Assembly (NCBI GenBank): GCA_964291395.2
Contig: OZ219856.1
Span: forward strand, 2,400,001 to 2,464,000
Length of the DNA stretch: 64,000 nucleotides
Direction: 5' to 3'
From: Alphaproteobacteria bacterium
Lineage (GTDB): Bacteria; Pseudomonadota; Alphaproteobacteria; UBA2966
Shown here: in pieces, positions 32,622-54,844 of the stretch
Position numbering within the stretch: position 1 is the stretch's first letter
Layout of the letters: every line of letters begins with the position of its first letter
The notes under the pieces: model-generated
What the model saw: only the letters and a program-made list of their open reading frames with translations
Told to the model about the DNA's origin: nothing
The model's database searches: none
Made by a program: the position numbers and the translations under genes

Positions 32622-33238
32622 AACAGCCGAGCCTCCAAGTGCTCGACGGCAGCCTTCGTCAACACCAGCGTGTCACGGCGAAGAATGTCGTAGACGTTCG
32701 CGCCCTGTTGGGGCAGCACATCGAATTGCGGAATATTCGACGCCGCGTACCGGAAATTCGCGTCAACCTCGGGACCGTCGATAACCAGCGCGGACCCCCA
32801 TCCCAGTTTCGCCAGTTTTGCGGCAAGTGAGTTGGTTCTTGGCGCGTCGAGCTTCGCCTCGTCGATGACCACCAGTTTGCCACCCACCGCCTTGGCGGAC
32901 AGCGCGGTGCGCAAGCCCAGCTTCCGAACCTTTTTCGGCAAACTGATGGCGTGATCCCGCACGACCGGCCCGAAGGTGACGGCACCACCGCGGAACTGCG
33001 GCGACCGGCGACTGCCGTGGCGAGCGCGTCCGGTGCCCTTTTGCCGCCAGGGCTTCGCCGTAGTGCCGCTGATCTCGCTGATCCCGCGCGTCTTGTGCGT
33101 CCCCGCCCGCCGTTTAGCCAACTGCCACTTCACGACCCGATTGAGGATATCGGCACGTACGGGCACGCCGAAAACCTCATCATTGAGTTCCACCGTGCCG
33201 GCGGACTCGGAGTCAAGCGTGGTTACCTCGGCCTGCAT
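32618..33238 (-). CDS. rplD: 50S ribosomal protein L4
   Basis: [21 protein letters not shown]. Confidence 0.97.
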   Translation of the reverse strand: MQAEVTTLDSESAGTVELNDEVFGVPVRADILNRVVKWQLAKRRAGTHKTRGISEISGTTAKPWRQKGTGRARHGSRRSPQFRGGAVTFGPVVRDHAISLPKKVRKLGLRTALSAKAVGGKLVVIDEAKLDAPRTNSLAAKLAKLGWGSALVIDGPEVDANFRYAASNIPQFDVLPQQGANVYDILRRDTLVLTKAAVEHLEARLL

Positions 33239-33243
33239 CGACC

Positions 33244-34011
33244 CTATTCCTTGCCCTCGCCGTCTCCGGCGGCCCCCGGTTCGTCCTCGGACGCGGGCTC
33301 TTCCGCTGCCTCACCGGCGACATCTGCCACCGCCGCGACACCCTTCAGGCCCGCAGGCAGCGGAACATCGTCAGGAGATTTCCGCTTCTTCGCATCAGTG
33401 ACGCGAATCCAACCTCCCTTGGCGCCCGGCACACCGCCCTTGACGAGGATCAATCCTTCTTCCGGATCGGTCGACACGACCTCGAGGCTTTGCACCGTTA
33501 CCCGTTCCGCACCGAGGTGCCCTGCCATTTTCTTACCTTTGAACACCTTGCCAGGATCCTGGCATTGCCCGGTGGAACCGTGTGCGCGGTGTGAGACCGA
33601 AACACCATGACTGGCAGCCAAGCCGCCAAAATTGTGCCTCTTGATGACGCCGGCAAATCCCTTGCCGATGCTGACCCCGCAAACATCGACGAACTGTCCA
33701 GCCACGAAGTGATTGGCCGCGAGCTCGGCGCCTACCTCCACCATATTGTCGCCGGACACCCGAAACTCGGTGACCTTCCGTTTGGGCTCCACTTGGGCCT
33801 TCACGAAATGCCCGCGCATGGCCTTCGAGACGTTCTTAACCTTGGCCGTCCCCGCGCCGAGCTGGACGGCGTCGTAACCGTGCGTCTCCATGGTCCGCTG
33901 CGCGACCACTTGGCAACCGTCCACCTTGAGGACCGTCACAGGCACATGTTGCCCATCACCTTGAAAGACCCGGGACATCCCGACCTTGCGCGCGATGATA
34001 CCAGTACGCAT
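33244..34011 (-). CDS. rplC: 50S ribosomal protein L3
   Basis: [29 protein letters not shown]. Confidence 0.98.
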   Translation of the reverse strand: MRTGIIARKVGMSRVFQGDGQHVPVTVLKVDGCQVVAQRTMETHGYDAVQLGAGTAKVKNVSKAMRGHFVKAQVEPKRKVTEFRVSGDNMVEVGAELAANHFVAGQFVDVCGVSIGKGFAGVIKRHNFGGLAASHGVSVSHRAHGSTGQCQDPGKVFKGKKMAGHLGAERVTVQSLEVVSTDPEEGLILVKGGVPGAKGGWIRVTDAKKRKSPDDVPLPAGLKGVAAVADVAGEAAEEPASEDEPGAAGDGEGKE

Positions 34012-34019
34012 GCTCGCCC

Positions 34020-34328
34020 TCAGACCTTGATCTCGACGTCGACGCCCGCCGCGAGATCAAGCTTCATCAACGCGTCAACGGTTTCCGGTGTTGGATCGAC
34101 GATATCGAGAAGACGACGGTGCGTGCGCATCTCGAATTGCTCCCGGGACTTCTTGTCGATGTGAGGCGACCGCAGAACTGTGTAGCGTTCAATCTTCGTG
34201 GGGAGTGGGATGGGCCCGCGGACCCGAGCCCCCGTCCGTTTCGCCGTATTGAGTATTTCGCTCGCCGAAACGTCGAGCACCCGATGATCGTACGCCTTGA
34301 GGCGTATGCGGATGTTCTGGCTCATCAT
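34020..34328 (-). CDS. rpsJ: 30S ribosomal protein S10
   Basis: [30 protein letters not shown]. Confidence 0.98.
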   Translation of the reverse strand: MMSQNIRIRLKAYDHRVLDVSASEILNTAKRTGARVRGPIPLPTKIERYTVLRSPHIDKKSREQFEMRTHRRLLDIVDPTPETVDALMKLDLAAGVDVEIKV

Positions 34329-34374
34329 GGTCTTTATCCCCCGCGAAATTCACGTATTGGTGTTCGCGGCAACC

Positions 34375-35565
<1,191 letters not shown>

Positions 35566-35617
35566 CGCTAATCTCCAATTGCACCCTTCCTCGCGTTACT
35601 CCGTCTGCGACTCCCGG

Positions 35618-37693
35618 TCATGCCAGTTTCGCGCGAACCTCGTCAGACACCGCCTGAGGCACTTGGTCGTAATGATCGAAGGTCATCGTGAACTGGGCCC
35701 GACCTTGGGTCATTGACCGCAAGTTATTGACGTATCCGAACATATTGGCGAGCGGGACCATCGCCGTGATGACCTGGGCATTGCCCCGCTGCGTCGTTCC
35801 GGTGACATTTCCGCGCCGCGAGTTGAGATCGCCGATCACGTCACCCATGAACTCCTCGGGGGTCACCACTTCGACATCCATCACGGGTTCGAGCAGTTTT
35901 ATGCCGAGCTTCGGGGCCGCCTCGCGAAATGCGGAACGCGCGGCAATCTCAAAAGCCATCACCGATGAATCGACGTCGTGCGACGCTCCGTCGACAAGCG
36001 TCGCCTTGAAATCGATGATCGGGAATCCAGCCAGGAGACCGGACTCAGCCACAGAGACGAGCCCCGTTTGCACGCCGGGGATGAATTCCTTCGGAACGCT
36101 GCCGCCGACGACTCGGCTTTCGAATTCGACATCGGAACCGGCGGGCAAGGGCTTGAACTCGATCCTCACGCGGGCGAATTGACCAGCACCTCCTGTCTGC
36201 TTCCGGTGCGTGTAGTCGATTTCACCGGCCCGGGTGATGGTCTCCCGGTAGGCGACCTGCGGTGCGCCGACATTGCCGTCGACCTTGAATTCCCGCTTCA
36301 TGCGGTCGACGATGATCTCAAGGTGCAGTTCGCCCATCCCCTTGATGATGGTTTGGCCGCTTTCGGGATCGGTCGATACGCGGAACGAAGGATCCTCCTC
36401 GGCAAGACGGGAGAGCGCCACGCTCATCTTTTCCTGGTCGTTCTTCGTGCGGGGTTCCACCGCCACCTCGATGACTGGATCCGGGAAATCCATCCGCTCC
36501 AGTACGACCGGGTGGTTGGGATCGCATAACGTATCGCCCGTGGAAGTGCCCTTGAGTCCGGCAAGCGCGATGATGTCGCCGGCCCTGGCCTCTTGGATGT
36601 CTTCCCGACGGTTGGCATGCATGGCCAGCATGCGACCGACGCGCTCGCGCCGTTCCTTGACGGGATTGAGGATCGCGCTGCCGGCCGACACTACACCGGA
36701 ATAGATTCGGATGAACGTGAGGCTGCCGACGAAAGGATCGGTCATCACCTTGAATGCAAGGGCTGCGAAGGGCTCGTCATCACTGGACTCGCGTGTGATT
36801 CGCTCGTTCACCGCCGACTTGACACCGCTGACCGCCGCGACGTCCGTCGGCGACGGGAGAAAATCGACCACGGCGTTGAGCAAGGGCTGTACGCCTTTGT
36901 TCTTGAATGCCGAGCCGTTGAGGACCGGCACGAATCGGCCCGAGATCGTCCCGGCTCGCACGCAGGCTCTGAGTGTCGCAGCATCCAGTTCATTGCCCTC
37001 CAGGTACCGCTCCATCGCCGACTCGTCCATCTCAACGGCGAGCTCGACCAGTTTTTCGCGATATACCGCCGCCTGGACCGCCAGATCGTCAGGGATGGCC
37101 CTGATCTCGTACTCGGCGCCGAGGGTTTCTTCCTTCCAGACGATGGCCTTCATCTCGACGAGGTCTATGACCCCGGCGTAGTCGCCGTCGCTGCCCACCG
37201 GCAACTGGATCATCAGCGGCACGGCACCGAGGCGATCCTCGATCATCTGGACACAGTTGAAGAGATCGGCGCCCGTGCGATCCATCTTGTTCACAAAACA
37301 AATGCGCGGCACGCCATATTTGTCGGCCTGCCGCCATACCGTCTCGGATTGTGGCTCAACGCCCGCCACGCCGTCGAACACGGCCACGGCGCCATCGAGG
37401 ACCCTCAGGCTACGCTCGACCTCGATCGTGAAGTCGACGTGACCAGGGGTGTCGATGATGTTGATGCGATGGTTACGCCAGGAACAGGTCGTGGCGGCTG
37501 AGGTAATCGTGATGCCGCGCTCTTGCTCCTGTTCCATCCAATCCATGACGGCGGCACCGTCGTGGACTTCGCCGATCTTGTGAGAACGACCCGTATAGTA
37601 AAGGACACGCTCGGTCGTCGTGGTCTTGCCCGCGTCGATATGGGCCATGATGCCGATGTTTCGGTAACGGTCGAGCGGAGTGACACGCGTCAT
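35618..37693 (-). CDS. fusA: Elongation factor G
   Basis: [30 protein letters not shown]. Confidence 0.98.
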   Translation of the reverse strand: MTRVTPLDRYRNIGIMAHIDAGKTTTTERVLYYTGRSHKIGEVHDGAAVMDWMEQEQERGITITSAATTCSWRNHRINIIDTPGHVDFTIEVERSLRVLDGAVAVFDGVAGVEPQSETVWRQADKYGVPRICFVNKMDRTGADLFNCVQMIEDRLGAVPLMIQLPVGSDGDYAGVIDLVEMKAIVWKEETLGAEYEIRAIPDDLAVQAAVYREKLVELAVEMDESAMERYLEGNELDAATLRACVRAGTISGRFVPVLNGSAFKNKGVQPLLNAVVDFLPSPTDVAAVSGVKSAVNERITRESSDDEPFAALAFKVMTDPFVGSLTFIRIYSGVVSAGSAILNPVKERRERVGRMLAMHANRREDIQEARAGDIIALAGLKGTSTGDTLCDPNHPVVLERMDFPDPVIEVAVEPRTKNDQEKMSVALSRLAEEDPSFRVSTDPESGQTIIKGMGELHLEIIVDRMKREFKVDGNVGAPQVAYRETITRAGEIDYTHRKQTGGAGQFARVRIEFKPLPAGSDVEFESRVVGGSVPKEFIPGVQTGLVSVAESGLLAGFPIIDFKATLVDGASHDVDSSVMAFEIAARSAFREAAPKLGIKLLEPVMDVEVVTPEEFMGDVIGDLNSRRGNVTGTTQRGNAQVITAMVPLANMFGYVNNLRSMTQGRAQFTMTFDHYDQVPQAVSDEVRAKLA

Positions 37694-37721
37694 AGGCCTA
37701 CGATCTCCCGAAATCCCGCGA

Positions 37722-38204
<483 letters not shown>

Positions 38205-38576
38205 CTAGCGGGGCCGTTTGGCACCATATTTCGAGCGCCGCTGCCTGCGGTCGCTGATGCCCTGAGTATCGAGTACGCCCCGGATGATGTGATAGCGCAC
38301 GCCCGGCAAATCCTTGACCCGGCCGCCTCGGATCATCACCACCGAATGCTCTTGAAGGTTGTGACCCTCCCCCGGGATGTAGCTGAGGACCTCGAACCCG
38401 TTTGTTAGGCGCACACGGGCAACCTTGCGCAATGCCGAGTTCGGCTTCTTTGGCGTGGTCGTATAGACGCGCGTGCAAACACCTCTCTTTTGGGGACACT
38501 GCTGCATGGCCGGCGTCTTTTTCCGCTTCACCGGACGCGCGCGCGCGTGGCGAATCAACTGATTGACTGTAGGCAT
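38205..38576 (-). CDS. rpsL: 30S ribosomal protein S12
   Basis: [22 protein letters not shown]. Confidence 0.99.
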   Translation of the reverse strand: MPTVNQLIRHARARPVKRKKTPAMQQCPQKRGVCTRVYTTTPKKPNSALRKVARVRLTNGFEVLSYIPGEGHNLQEHSVVMIRGGRVKDLPGVRYHIIRGVLDTQGISDRRQRRSKYGAKRPR

Positions 38577-38748
38577 CCTGCTTCTTCCCGGCGTCGGCCG
38601 CTGTCAAACGCGCAATAGCAAGCGACTGCGACACGCTCGCTTGACGGGTGTTCTTCGCCCACCCGCTGGGCCTGGCGAATTGTTATCTCCTGGTCTTCGT
38701 CAACGCGTCTAGACGGGACCGCCCACCACCGCCGACGAGAGAGCGCGC

Positions 38749-38777
38749 ACTATAGGTACGCCCATATGACGCGTCAA
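38749..38777 (-). promoter_or_regulatory. sigma70-type promoter of str operon
   Basis: TTGACG-N17-TATAGT upstream of rpsL. Confidence 0.7.
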
Positions 38778-38918
38778 GCGGAAAACCTAGACTTTCCACA
38801 GGGTTATTCAAGACCTTCCGAGGCGCGTCAGGTCCGGGATTTCGGGTAATCGCCTCCCCCGGTTCCCGTGTCTCGAGCGTCCGCAGTCGTGACGGCTGCC
38901 GGTCCCGTCCCGGGCCGG

Positions 38919-47304
<8,386 letters not shown>

Positions 47305-47434
47305 GTGCTCCTGACCCCAGTGGTGTACAGCGTAATTCCAACCGGCCCACGACTGCGGCGCGGGCAACTCCGCCTATCCTCGCCGGCGATGCGGCACGGA
47401 CGATCACGGCCGTCGCCCGTGCCCATCCCGGCAG

Positions 47435-47812
47435 TCACTTCAGCTCGACGGTCGCGCCGGCGCCTTCTAGCTGCTCCTTGATCCGGTCGGCTTCTTCCTT
47501 GGTAGCGCCTTCCTTGACCGGCTTCGGCGCGGCCTCCACCAGATCCTTGGCCTCCTTCAGACCCAATCCAGTGATGGCACGCACCTCCTTGATGACGTTG
47601 ATCTTCTTGTCGCCGAACGACGCCAGAACGATATCGAACGAATCCTGCTCCTCGGCCGTGGCGTCGCCCTCGGCCGGTGCGACCGCGGCAACGGCAGCAA
47701 CGGGTGCCGCCGCGGACACGCCCCACTTGTCTTCCAGCAGTTTGGCCAGCTCCGCCGCCTCGAGGACAGTGAGACCCGACAGTTCTTCGGCGATTTTCTC
47801 GATATCAGCCAT
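47435..47812 (-). CDS. rplL: 50S ribosomal protein L7/L12
   Basis: [36 protein letters not shown]. Confidence 0.97.
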   Translation of the reverse strand: MADIEKIAEELSGLTVLEAAELAKLLEDKWGVSAAAPVAAVAAVAPAEGDATAEEQDSFDIVLASFGDKKINVIKEVRAITGLGLKEAKDLVEAAPKPVKEGATKEEADRIKEQLEGAGATVELK

Positions 47813-47868
47813 TTGATCGTTACTCCTTCGATAGAGCCCGAGGGCCTTGTTGAATCCGTACAGGAGGC

Positions 47869-48387
47869 CTACGCCGCCTCGCTCGATTTGACATGCGCGT
47901 CGATGACGCGAGCGAGCTGACCGGCGGGCGCCTGGAGCACTCCGGCAACCTTGGTGGCCGGTGCGTTGAGCAGGCCAATGATCTTGCCTCTCAGCTCGTC
48001 CAGCGATGGCAAGCTGGCGAGATCCTTCACCGCGTCGGCGTCCAGCACCGTTTCGCCCATCGCCCCACCCAGAACGACGAGTTTGTCGTTCCGTTTGGCG
48101 AAGTTCACGCATGTCTTGGCCGGCGCAACCACGTCATCCGAATATGCGATCGCCACCGGTCCCTCGAACATCTCCGCCAATGACGCGTACGGCGTACCAT
48201 CGAGAGCGAGACGCACGAGCCGGTTCTTGGTCACGCGGAATTCGGCGCCTGCCTCACGCATCTTCCCTCGGAGTTCGTTCATCTCCGTGACGTTCAAACC
48301 GCGATAATGTGTGACTATCACAGCCGCCGCTTTGTTGAGGGTGCGGTTGAGGCCAATGACAACCTCCTCCTTCTCCATTCGGTTCAC
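47869..48387 (-). CDS. rplJ: 50S ribosomal protein L10
   Basis: [25 protein letters not shown]. Confidence 0.97.
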   Translation of the reverse strand: MNRMEKEEVVIGLNRTLNKAAAVIVTHYRGLNVTEMNELRGKMREAGAEFRVTKNRLVRLALDGTPYASLAEMFEGPVAIAYSDDVVAPAKTCVNFAKRNDKLVVLGGAMGETVLDADAVKDLASLPSLDELRGKIIGLLNAPATKVAGVLQAPAGQLARVIDAHVKSSEAA

Positions 48388-48542
48388 GCTTGATCTCCCA
48401 ACTCATGGGTCGGGCCGGGTACCCGCCCAACGCACGTCCTGGGTTGCACCAAAGGGCCATCCCATATCCGGATGGCGCCCACGATCCCTGTCCCAGCGGT
48501 CCGAACCGTGTGCATCGGCCCCGTGAGGCCCATACGGATCAA

Positions 48543-48608
48543 CCCCCGTCTATGCAGGCGACATCGCCGCCATTACGCCGAAATCCGGCACCTGCAGTCT
48601 TGGACAGG
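48543..48608 (-). ncRNA. L10 leader (rplJL autoregulatory RNA), core element
   Basis: CCAAGACTGCAGG...TAAT...CCTGCATAGAC: paired GCAGG/CCTGC helix with GA-rich flanks in the rplA-rplJ spacer; boundaries approximate. Confidence 0.7.
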
Positions 48609-48738
48609 ACGGTCCCGCCGGCCGGAGCCCGCGGGCCCTCTTCACCCCACCAAGGGTGAAACGCTCCAACTCTTCACATCCCGGCGCGCTCCGCCGGTCA
48701 CCGTTCTCCTCGGGCCATCCGCCGCGTTTGCCTCCGCA

Positions 48739-49434
48739 TCAGGAGACAGCACTCGCGACGTCGACCTTTACACCGGGACCCATGGTCGTGCTCACCGCGA
48801 CTTTCTTCATGTAAGCCCCCTTCGCGCCGCTCGGCTTGGCGCGATTGATGGCGTCAACGAAGGCCTTCAGATTGGCCACCAGCTGATCCTCACTGAAGCT
48901 CGCTTTGCCGATGCCGGCATGAACGATCCCCGCCTTCTCGACCCGAAACTCAACCTGGCCACCCTTCACCGCCTCGACGGCGTCGGCCACGTCGTTGGTC
49001 ACGGTTCCAAGCTTGGGGTTCGGCATGAGGCCGCGCGGGCCCAAGATCTTTCCGAGTTTGCCGACCACGGGCATCATGTCCGGTGTGGCGATACAACGCT
49101 CGAACCCGATTTCGCCGTTCGTCACCCTCTCGGCGAGGTCCTCGGCACCCACGACCTCCGCGCCCGCCGCCCTGGCCTCTTCCGCCTTGTCTCCCTTCGC
49201 GAACACGGCCACACGCACGGATTTGCCGGTGCCATTGGGCAGCGCCGCGACACCCCGCACCATCTGGTCGGCGTGCCGCGGGTCGACGCCGAGATTGATC
49301 GCCACCTCGATCGTCTCATCGAACTTGGTCCCGGCGGCCGCCTTGACGAGCTTGATCGCTTCGTCCGCCTGATAGAACATCTCGCGGTCGATCGACTCCC
49401 GAGCCGCCTTCAGCCGTTTGCCTGTTTGAGCCAT
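48739..49434 (-). CDS. rplA: 50S ribosomal protein L1
   Basis: [31 protein letters not shown]. Confidence 0.98.
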   Translation of the reverse strand: MAQTGKRLKAARESIDREMFYQADEAIKLVKAAAGTKFDETIEVAINLGVDPRHADQMVRGVAALPNGTGKSVRVAVFAKGDKAEEARAAGAEVVGAEDLAERVTNGEIGFERCIATPDMMPVVGKLGKILGPRGLMPNPKLGTVTNDVADAVEAVKGGQVEFRVEKAGIVHAGIGKASFSEDQLVANLKAFVDAINRAKPSGAKGAYMKKVAVSTTMGPGVKVDVASAVS

Positions 49435-49438
49435 CGCG

Positions 49439-49867
49439 CTACTCCATGACCTCGATTCCCATCGACCGGGCCGAGCCGATCAGCATCTGCACCGCGCCAT
49501 CCACGTCGAAGACATTCAGGTCCGGCATCTTCTCTTCGGCGATCTCCTTAACCTGCTGCATGGTGACCTGGCCCACTGTCTCGCGGCCGGCCTCTCCGGC
49601 TCCCTTCTCCAGGCCCGCTGCCCGCTTGAGGTAGAACGACACCGGTGGCTTCTTGGTTTCGAACGTAAAGGACTTGTCGACGAACACTGTGATGACCGTG
49701 GGGAGGGGCATGCCCGGCTCGAGCCCCTGCGTCACCGCGTTGAACGCCTTGCAGAATTCCATGATGTTCAGGCCGCGCTGACCCAGCGCCGGTCCGATGG
49801 GCGGGGAGGGATTGGCCTGCCCCGCCGGAATCTGCAGCTTGATGTAACCTTCGACTTTTTTCGCCAT
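49439..49867 (-). CDS. rplK: 50S ribosomal protein L11
   Basis: [25 protein letters not shown]. Confidence 0.98.
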   Translation of the reverse strand: MAKKVEGYIKLQIPAGQANPSPPIGPALGQRGLNIMEFCKAFNAVTQGLEPGMPLPTVITVFVDKSFTFETKKPPVSFYLKRAAGLEKGAGEAGRETVGQVTMQQVKEIAEEKMPDLNVFDVDGAVQMLIGSARSMGIEVME

Positions 49868-49897
49868 CTCAGACGCTACCCACTCCAGATGTCCGCG

Positions 49898-50428
49898 CTA
49901 GACCTTTTCGACTTGCGAGTACTCGAGTTCCACCGGCGTCGCCCTGCCGAAAATAGAGACCGCAACCTTCAGGCGCGCCCGCTCCTCATCGACCTCTTCC
50001 ACCAAGCCATTGAACGAGGTGAACGGACCGTCGGATACCCTGACCTGCTCGCCTACCTCGAAGATCACGGAGGGCTTCGGCCGTTCGACGCCTTCCTGCA
50101 CTTGATGCATGATGCGCGCGGCTTCGGTGTCGCTGATGGGCGACGGCCGGCCCGCCGGACCCAGGAAGCCCGTCACCTTCGGCGTATTCCTGACGAGGTG
50201 ATAACCCTCGTCGGTCATCTCCATCTTCACCAGCACATAGCCGGGAAAGAATTTCCGCTCCGCGTTCACACGCTGACCACGGCGCATTTCGACGACTTCT
50301 TCCACCGGGACCAGAATCTCGCCGAACATGTCGGACATTTCCAGCGCATCCGCCTGCTCGCGCAAGGACTGCGCAACCTTCTTCTCGAAGCCCGAATAGG
50401 CATGCACCACGTACCACCGCGCCGTCAT
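49898..50428 (-). CDS. nusG: Transcription factor NusG
   Basis: [22 protein letters not shown] domain, [10 protein letters not shown]. Confidence 0.98.
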   Translation of the reverse strand: MTARWYVVHAYSGFEKKVAQSLREQADALEMSDMFGEILVPVEEVVEMRRGQRVNAERKFFPGYVLVKMEMTDEGYHLVRNTPKVTGFLGPAGRPSPISDTEAARIMHQVQEGVERPKPSVIFEVGEQVRVSDGPFTSFNGLVEEVDEERARLKVAVSIFGRATPVELEYSQVEKV

Positions 50429-50432
50429 CCGC

Positions 50433-50630
50433 TCACCCTCCGATCCCGAGAACCATCCGAACGCCGAAGGACAGCACTTGGTCGACCAGAAAGAAGAAAA
50501 TCGCGGCCAACGTGACCATGATGAAAACCATCACCGTCGTGATGCCAGCCTCCTTGCGGGTGGGCCAAGTCACCTTGGAGGTTTCTTGCCGAATCTGCCG
50601 TACGAACTCGCCCGGGCTGGTCTTTGCCAT
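50433..50630 (-). CDS. secE: Preprotein translocase SecE
   Basis: KVTWPTRKE followed by one TM helix. Confidence 0.96.
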   Translation of the reverse strand: MAKTSPGEFVRQIRQETSKVTWPTRKEAGITTVMVFIMVTLAAIFFFLVDQVLSFGVRMVLGIGG

Positions 50631-50694
50631 GTCTACTCCCCACGGCGCGAGCGCTGTTCGCGACCGCTAGTGAACAAACGGGCGGCACCGAAAT

Positions 50695-50770
50695 TGGCAG
50701 GAGTGGCAGGGATCGAACCCGCAACCCCCGGTTTTGGAGACCGGTGCTCTACCAATTGAGCTACACTCCT
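50695..50770 (-). tRNA. tRNA-Trp (CCA)
   Basis: AGGAGTGTAGCTCAATTGGTAGAGC...CCGGT-CTCCAAA-ACCGG...GGTTCGATCCC...CCA, 76 nt. Confidence 0.96.
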
Positions 50771-50846
50771 TTGTTCCAGCGCAGGGCCGGACCGGTGCCC
50801 CGTCAGTCCGGCCTCTGCGTCGCGCGCTGCATCGCGCTGACTGTTC

Positions 50847-52037
<1,191 letters not shown>

Positions 52038-52156
52038 GTTTTGCTCTTTGCTCGACTATCCTTGGAATTCCCAACTCTTGGATTGATCTATCCTGTAACG
52101 AACCATTTCCCGCACCCGATGACCGACAATCTCCGTCGAACGCCTCGCCTCAGAAC

Positions 52157-52230
52157 TGGAGCGGGTGAGGGGAATCGAACCCCCGCGACCAGCTTGGAAG
52201 GCTGGGGCTCTACCACTGAGCTACACCCGC
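52157..52230 (-). tRNA. tRNA-Gly (TCC)
   Basis: GCGGGTGTAGCTCAGTGGTAGAGC, CCAGC-CTTCCAA-GCTGG, GGTTCGATTCCC, CCA end, 74 nt. Confidence 0.96.
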
Positions 52231-52264
52231 GTACCGGCCTCCCACTCACCCAAGCTAAAGAGGA

Positions 52265-52350
52265 TGGTGGAGGGAGTTGGATTCGAACCAACGTAGGCGT
52301 GCGCCAACGGGTTTACAGCCCGTCCCCTTTAGCCACTCGGGCATCCCTCC
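52265..52350 (-). tRNA. tRNA-Tyr (GTA)
   Basis: GGAGGGATGCCCGAGTGGCTAAAGGG, ACGGG-CTGTAAA-CCCGT, long variable arm, CCA end. Confidence 0.96.
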
Positions 52351-52387
52351 GGACGACGACGAAAAACCGCGATTTCCGGTTGGCCGC

Positions 52388-52415
52388 ACTATGAGAATCT
52401 GCTGCCTGATGTCAA
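52388..52415 (-). promoter_or_regulatory. sigma70-type promoter of tRNA-Tyr/Gly-tuf unit
   Basis: TTGACA-N16-CATAGT followed by GC-rich GCGGCC. Confidence 0.65.
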
Positions 52416-52516
52416 CTTCAAAAAGACGAACAAACCTACTGGCTGCGGCACATAAATTTCGCCGACAGCGCAAATCTCGATTGTTCGCGATAAAGATTAT
52501 ATGACTGATACCGCTC

Positions 52517-53353
52517 ATGCACAAGCCATCTTCAAGATCTTCGAAATCGAACGAACGTTCGAAGCGTCTGAAATCGCGCCGAAAATCGCATCCGCCAAGC
52601 CGGGAGAACAAGAGTCGAACGGTGTGGCTATACGGGCATCATGCCGTCATGGCCGCGCTCCGGAATCCATCCCGGATCTGTAACGAGCTCTTGCTGACGC
52701 CGGAGGCCTCCGCGCGGTTGTCGGAAACCCTGAATTCGCTGCCTAAGGGTCGGATTCCACCGACGCATGTGGTCAGGGCGACGGACATCGAGGCCGTATT
52801 GTCGCAAGGTGCCGTGCACCAAGGTATCGCCCTCAAGGCCGAACGGCTGCCCGGAGTCACGTTGGAGGAAGCCTGCGTCCCGCGGGACGACGACCGCAAC
52901 GTGGTCGTCGTCTTGGATCACGTCACCGATCCCCGGAACGTGGGTGCGGTGCTGCGCTCCGCCGCGGCGTTCGGTGCCCGTGCCTTGCTGGTCACTGAGC
53001 CGCACGCGCCGGTCGAGAGCGGCAGTCTAGCTAAAGCCGCCTCCGGAGCATTGGATACTCTCCCTTACGTTCGGGTAGCCAATCTCGCTCGCGCGCTGGA
53101 TCGGCTCGCCGGACTGGGATACTGGCGGATCGGCCTCGCCGCCGGGGCGGACTCATCGCTGTCCGAGACGGATCTTTCGGACCATGTCGTACTCGTGCTC
53201 GGCGCGGAGGGCAGTGGTCTTCGGCGGCTCACGGCGGAGAAGTGCGACCAGCTCGCGCGCCTACCGACGCGGGCCGGCTTCCCGGACCTCAACGTATCAA
53301 ACGCCGCCGCGGTGGCTTTGTACGAGGTGACGCGAAGCCTCACCGCACGGTAG
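52517..53353 (+). CDS. rlmB: 23S rRNA (Gm2251) methyltransferase, SpoU family
   Basis: LYGHHAV, HQGIAL, LDHVTDPRNVGA, LGAEGSG, LNVSNAAAV. Confidence 0.92.
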   Translation: MHKPSSRSSKSNERSKRLKSRRKSHPPSRENKSRTVWLYGHHAVMAALRNPSRICNELLLTPEASARLSETLNSLPKGRIPPTHVVRATDIEAVLSQGAVHQGIALKAERLPGVTLEEACVPRDDDRNVVVVLDHVTDPRNVGAVLRSAAAFGARALLVTEPHAPVESGSLAKAASGALDTLPYVRVANLARALDRLAGLGYWRIGLAAGADSSLSETDLSDHVVLVLGAEGSGLRRLTAEKCDQLARLPTRAGFPDLNVSNAAAVALYEVTRSLTAR

Positions 53354-53360
53354 CGGCTCT

Positions 53361-54755
53361 CTATTCCGCCGCCTGGAGAGTTCGGCCGTCGAGATCGTCG
53401 AGCCGGGACCGGACGTGCACGTCGCGCCGATGGCTCGGCAACTCGTCGGCCTCCATCATGACCGCCAGGACCTTGCGGCCATACTCCGTCACCAATTCGG
53501 CGTCGTCCTTGCCAGGCCGCATCGGAACGTGGAGCACCGAGTCCTGGGTATACATGTGCAGCGTGTCCTTACCGCCAGCGCTGACGGCCCGCGACGTGTC
53601 CGGCCCGGTCTCGCCGCGCACCAGACCGCGCAGCAGCTTGCGGCAGAGATAGACTCCGATATCGGAGCGTCCCGGGTTCTCAAGTGCATGAACGGCGATG
53701 GACCGCTGGCTGGTCAGAGCTTCCCAGTCGCCGGGCGCGCGCTGACCCTCGCCGTAGGGCCGCTCGCACTGGCCCACGAGGAAATCGATCTTGTCGTAAC
53801 CGCAATCCTCTTCGCAACCGTCGTGGTCGGGGTCGACTTCGTCGTTGAAGTGACGCCAGCCGAACATGATCATGTGCGTGTTGTCGACAGGCACGTGCCA
53901 GCGCGACAAGCACATGGTCGAATGCCGTTCGCGCCGGGCGGACGGGAACAACGACCCGATCTGCAGGAAGTTCGGGAACACCATCTCCGTGATGCGAACC
54001 CAAATGGTCTGCTGATCGGGATTGCGCCGGTTGGCGATGAACACGCAGCCGTTCCCGTTGCGGACCGACTCCCAGTCCATGACCGGCATGTCGTTGAATC
54101 CGTCGAGGTTGAGTCCGCTTTTCATGGCGTCGTCGACGCTGTCAACCGTCATGTTCGTGTGCAGCAGGGCCGTATGCATATGGTCCATGATGTTCTCGTA
54201 GACCTGCAGCCAGTTGCACGGATAGATGTTGGAGAACGGCACATATTTGGTCCCCTCCGGCAGATGGAAGCCGTCGTACTCGGGGAAGTCGGGTTTCTCC
54301 TCCGGCGGGCCCATGTAGGCGAACACCAGACCGTGACGCTCGAACGCGGGGTAGGCGCCGTGCACCACCGTGTCGTAGATCTTGCTGTCCTCGGGCTCGG
54401 CCGGCATCTCGAGGATGGTGCCATCGACGTCGTAGACCCAGCCGTGATAGCAGCAGCGGATGCCCCGGGGCTGGATAATGCCGTATTCCAACGAGGTACC
54501 GCGATGGCTGCAGTGCCGCTGAAGCATGCCAATCCGTCCCGAGCGGTCACGGAAGGCGACGAGGTCCTCGCCCATGATGCGGATGGCCTTAGGTACATCG
54601 GTCAGTTCTTCCGACAAGCAGACCGGCTGCCAGAACTTGCGCATCAGATCGCCCATCGGCGTGCCCGGCTGCGTCTCCGTCAGTTCGGGATCATGCGGGG
54701 GAATTTCCCGCTGATGGTAGGCGCCATAGGGCATTTTCCTTTTGCCGCTGCTCAT
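53361..54755 (-). CDS. Rieske non-heme iron oxygenase (phthalate dioxygenase/LigX-like), paralog A
   Basis: GTPMGDLMRKFWQP, CSHRG...CCYHGW Rieske motif, ENIMDHMHTALLH iron motif. Confidence 0.92.
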   Translation of the reverse strand: MSSGKRKMPYGAYHQREIPPHDPELTETQPGTPMGDLMRKFWQPVCLSEELTDVPKAIRIMGEDLVAFRDRSGRIGMLQRHCSHRGTSLEYGIIQPRGIRCCYHGWVYDVDGTILEMPAEPEDSKIYDTVVHGAYPAFERHGLVFAYMGPPEEKPDFPEYDGFHLPEGTKYVPFSNIYPCNWLQVYENIMDHMHTALLHTNMTVDSVDDAMKSGLNLDGFNDMPVMDWESVRNGNGCVFIANRRNPDQQTIWVRITEMVFPNFLQIGSLFPSARRERHSTMCLSRWHVPVDNTHMIMFGWRHFNDEVDPDHDGCEEDCGYDKIDFLVGQCERPYGEGQRAPGDWEALTSQRSIAVHALENPGRSDIGVYLCRKLLRGLVRGETGPDTSRAVSAGGKDTLHMYTQDSVLHVPMRPGKDDAELVTEYGRKVLAVMMEADELPSHRRDVHVRSRLDDLDGRTLQAAE

Positions 54756-54790
54756 TTCCCAGGGCCTCCTTCCACGGATCGGTTGCCTCC

Positions 54791-54819
54791 ATTTTACCAA
54801 GCTCGAATTCGGGGTTCAA
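54791..54819 (-). promoter_or_regulatory. Candidate internal promoter for Rieske paralog A
   Basis: TTGAAC-N17-TAAAAT with TG extended -10. Confidence 0.5.
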
Positions 54820-54844
54820 AATAGCACCCGAGACCATAGGCCCG

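Noticed and set aside
20386-34328. Absence of rpsD, rpmJ, infA and map from the spc/alpha operons
   Set aside because: Normal arrangement for alphaproteobacteria.
38790-38812. DnaA-box-like words (CTTTCCACA, TTATTCAAG) upstream of the rpsL promoter
   Set aside because: Both mismatch TTATCCACA and there is no cluster or AT-rich unwinding element.
52088-52611. Short ORFs over the tRNA-Gly/Tyr region (also those over tRNA-Trp and tRNA-Thr)
   Set aside because: They overlap clear tRNA cloverleaves and promoters.
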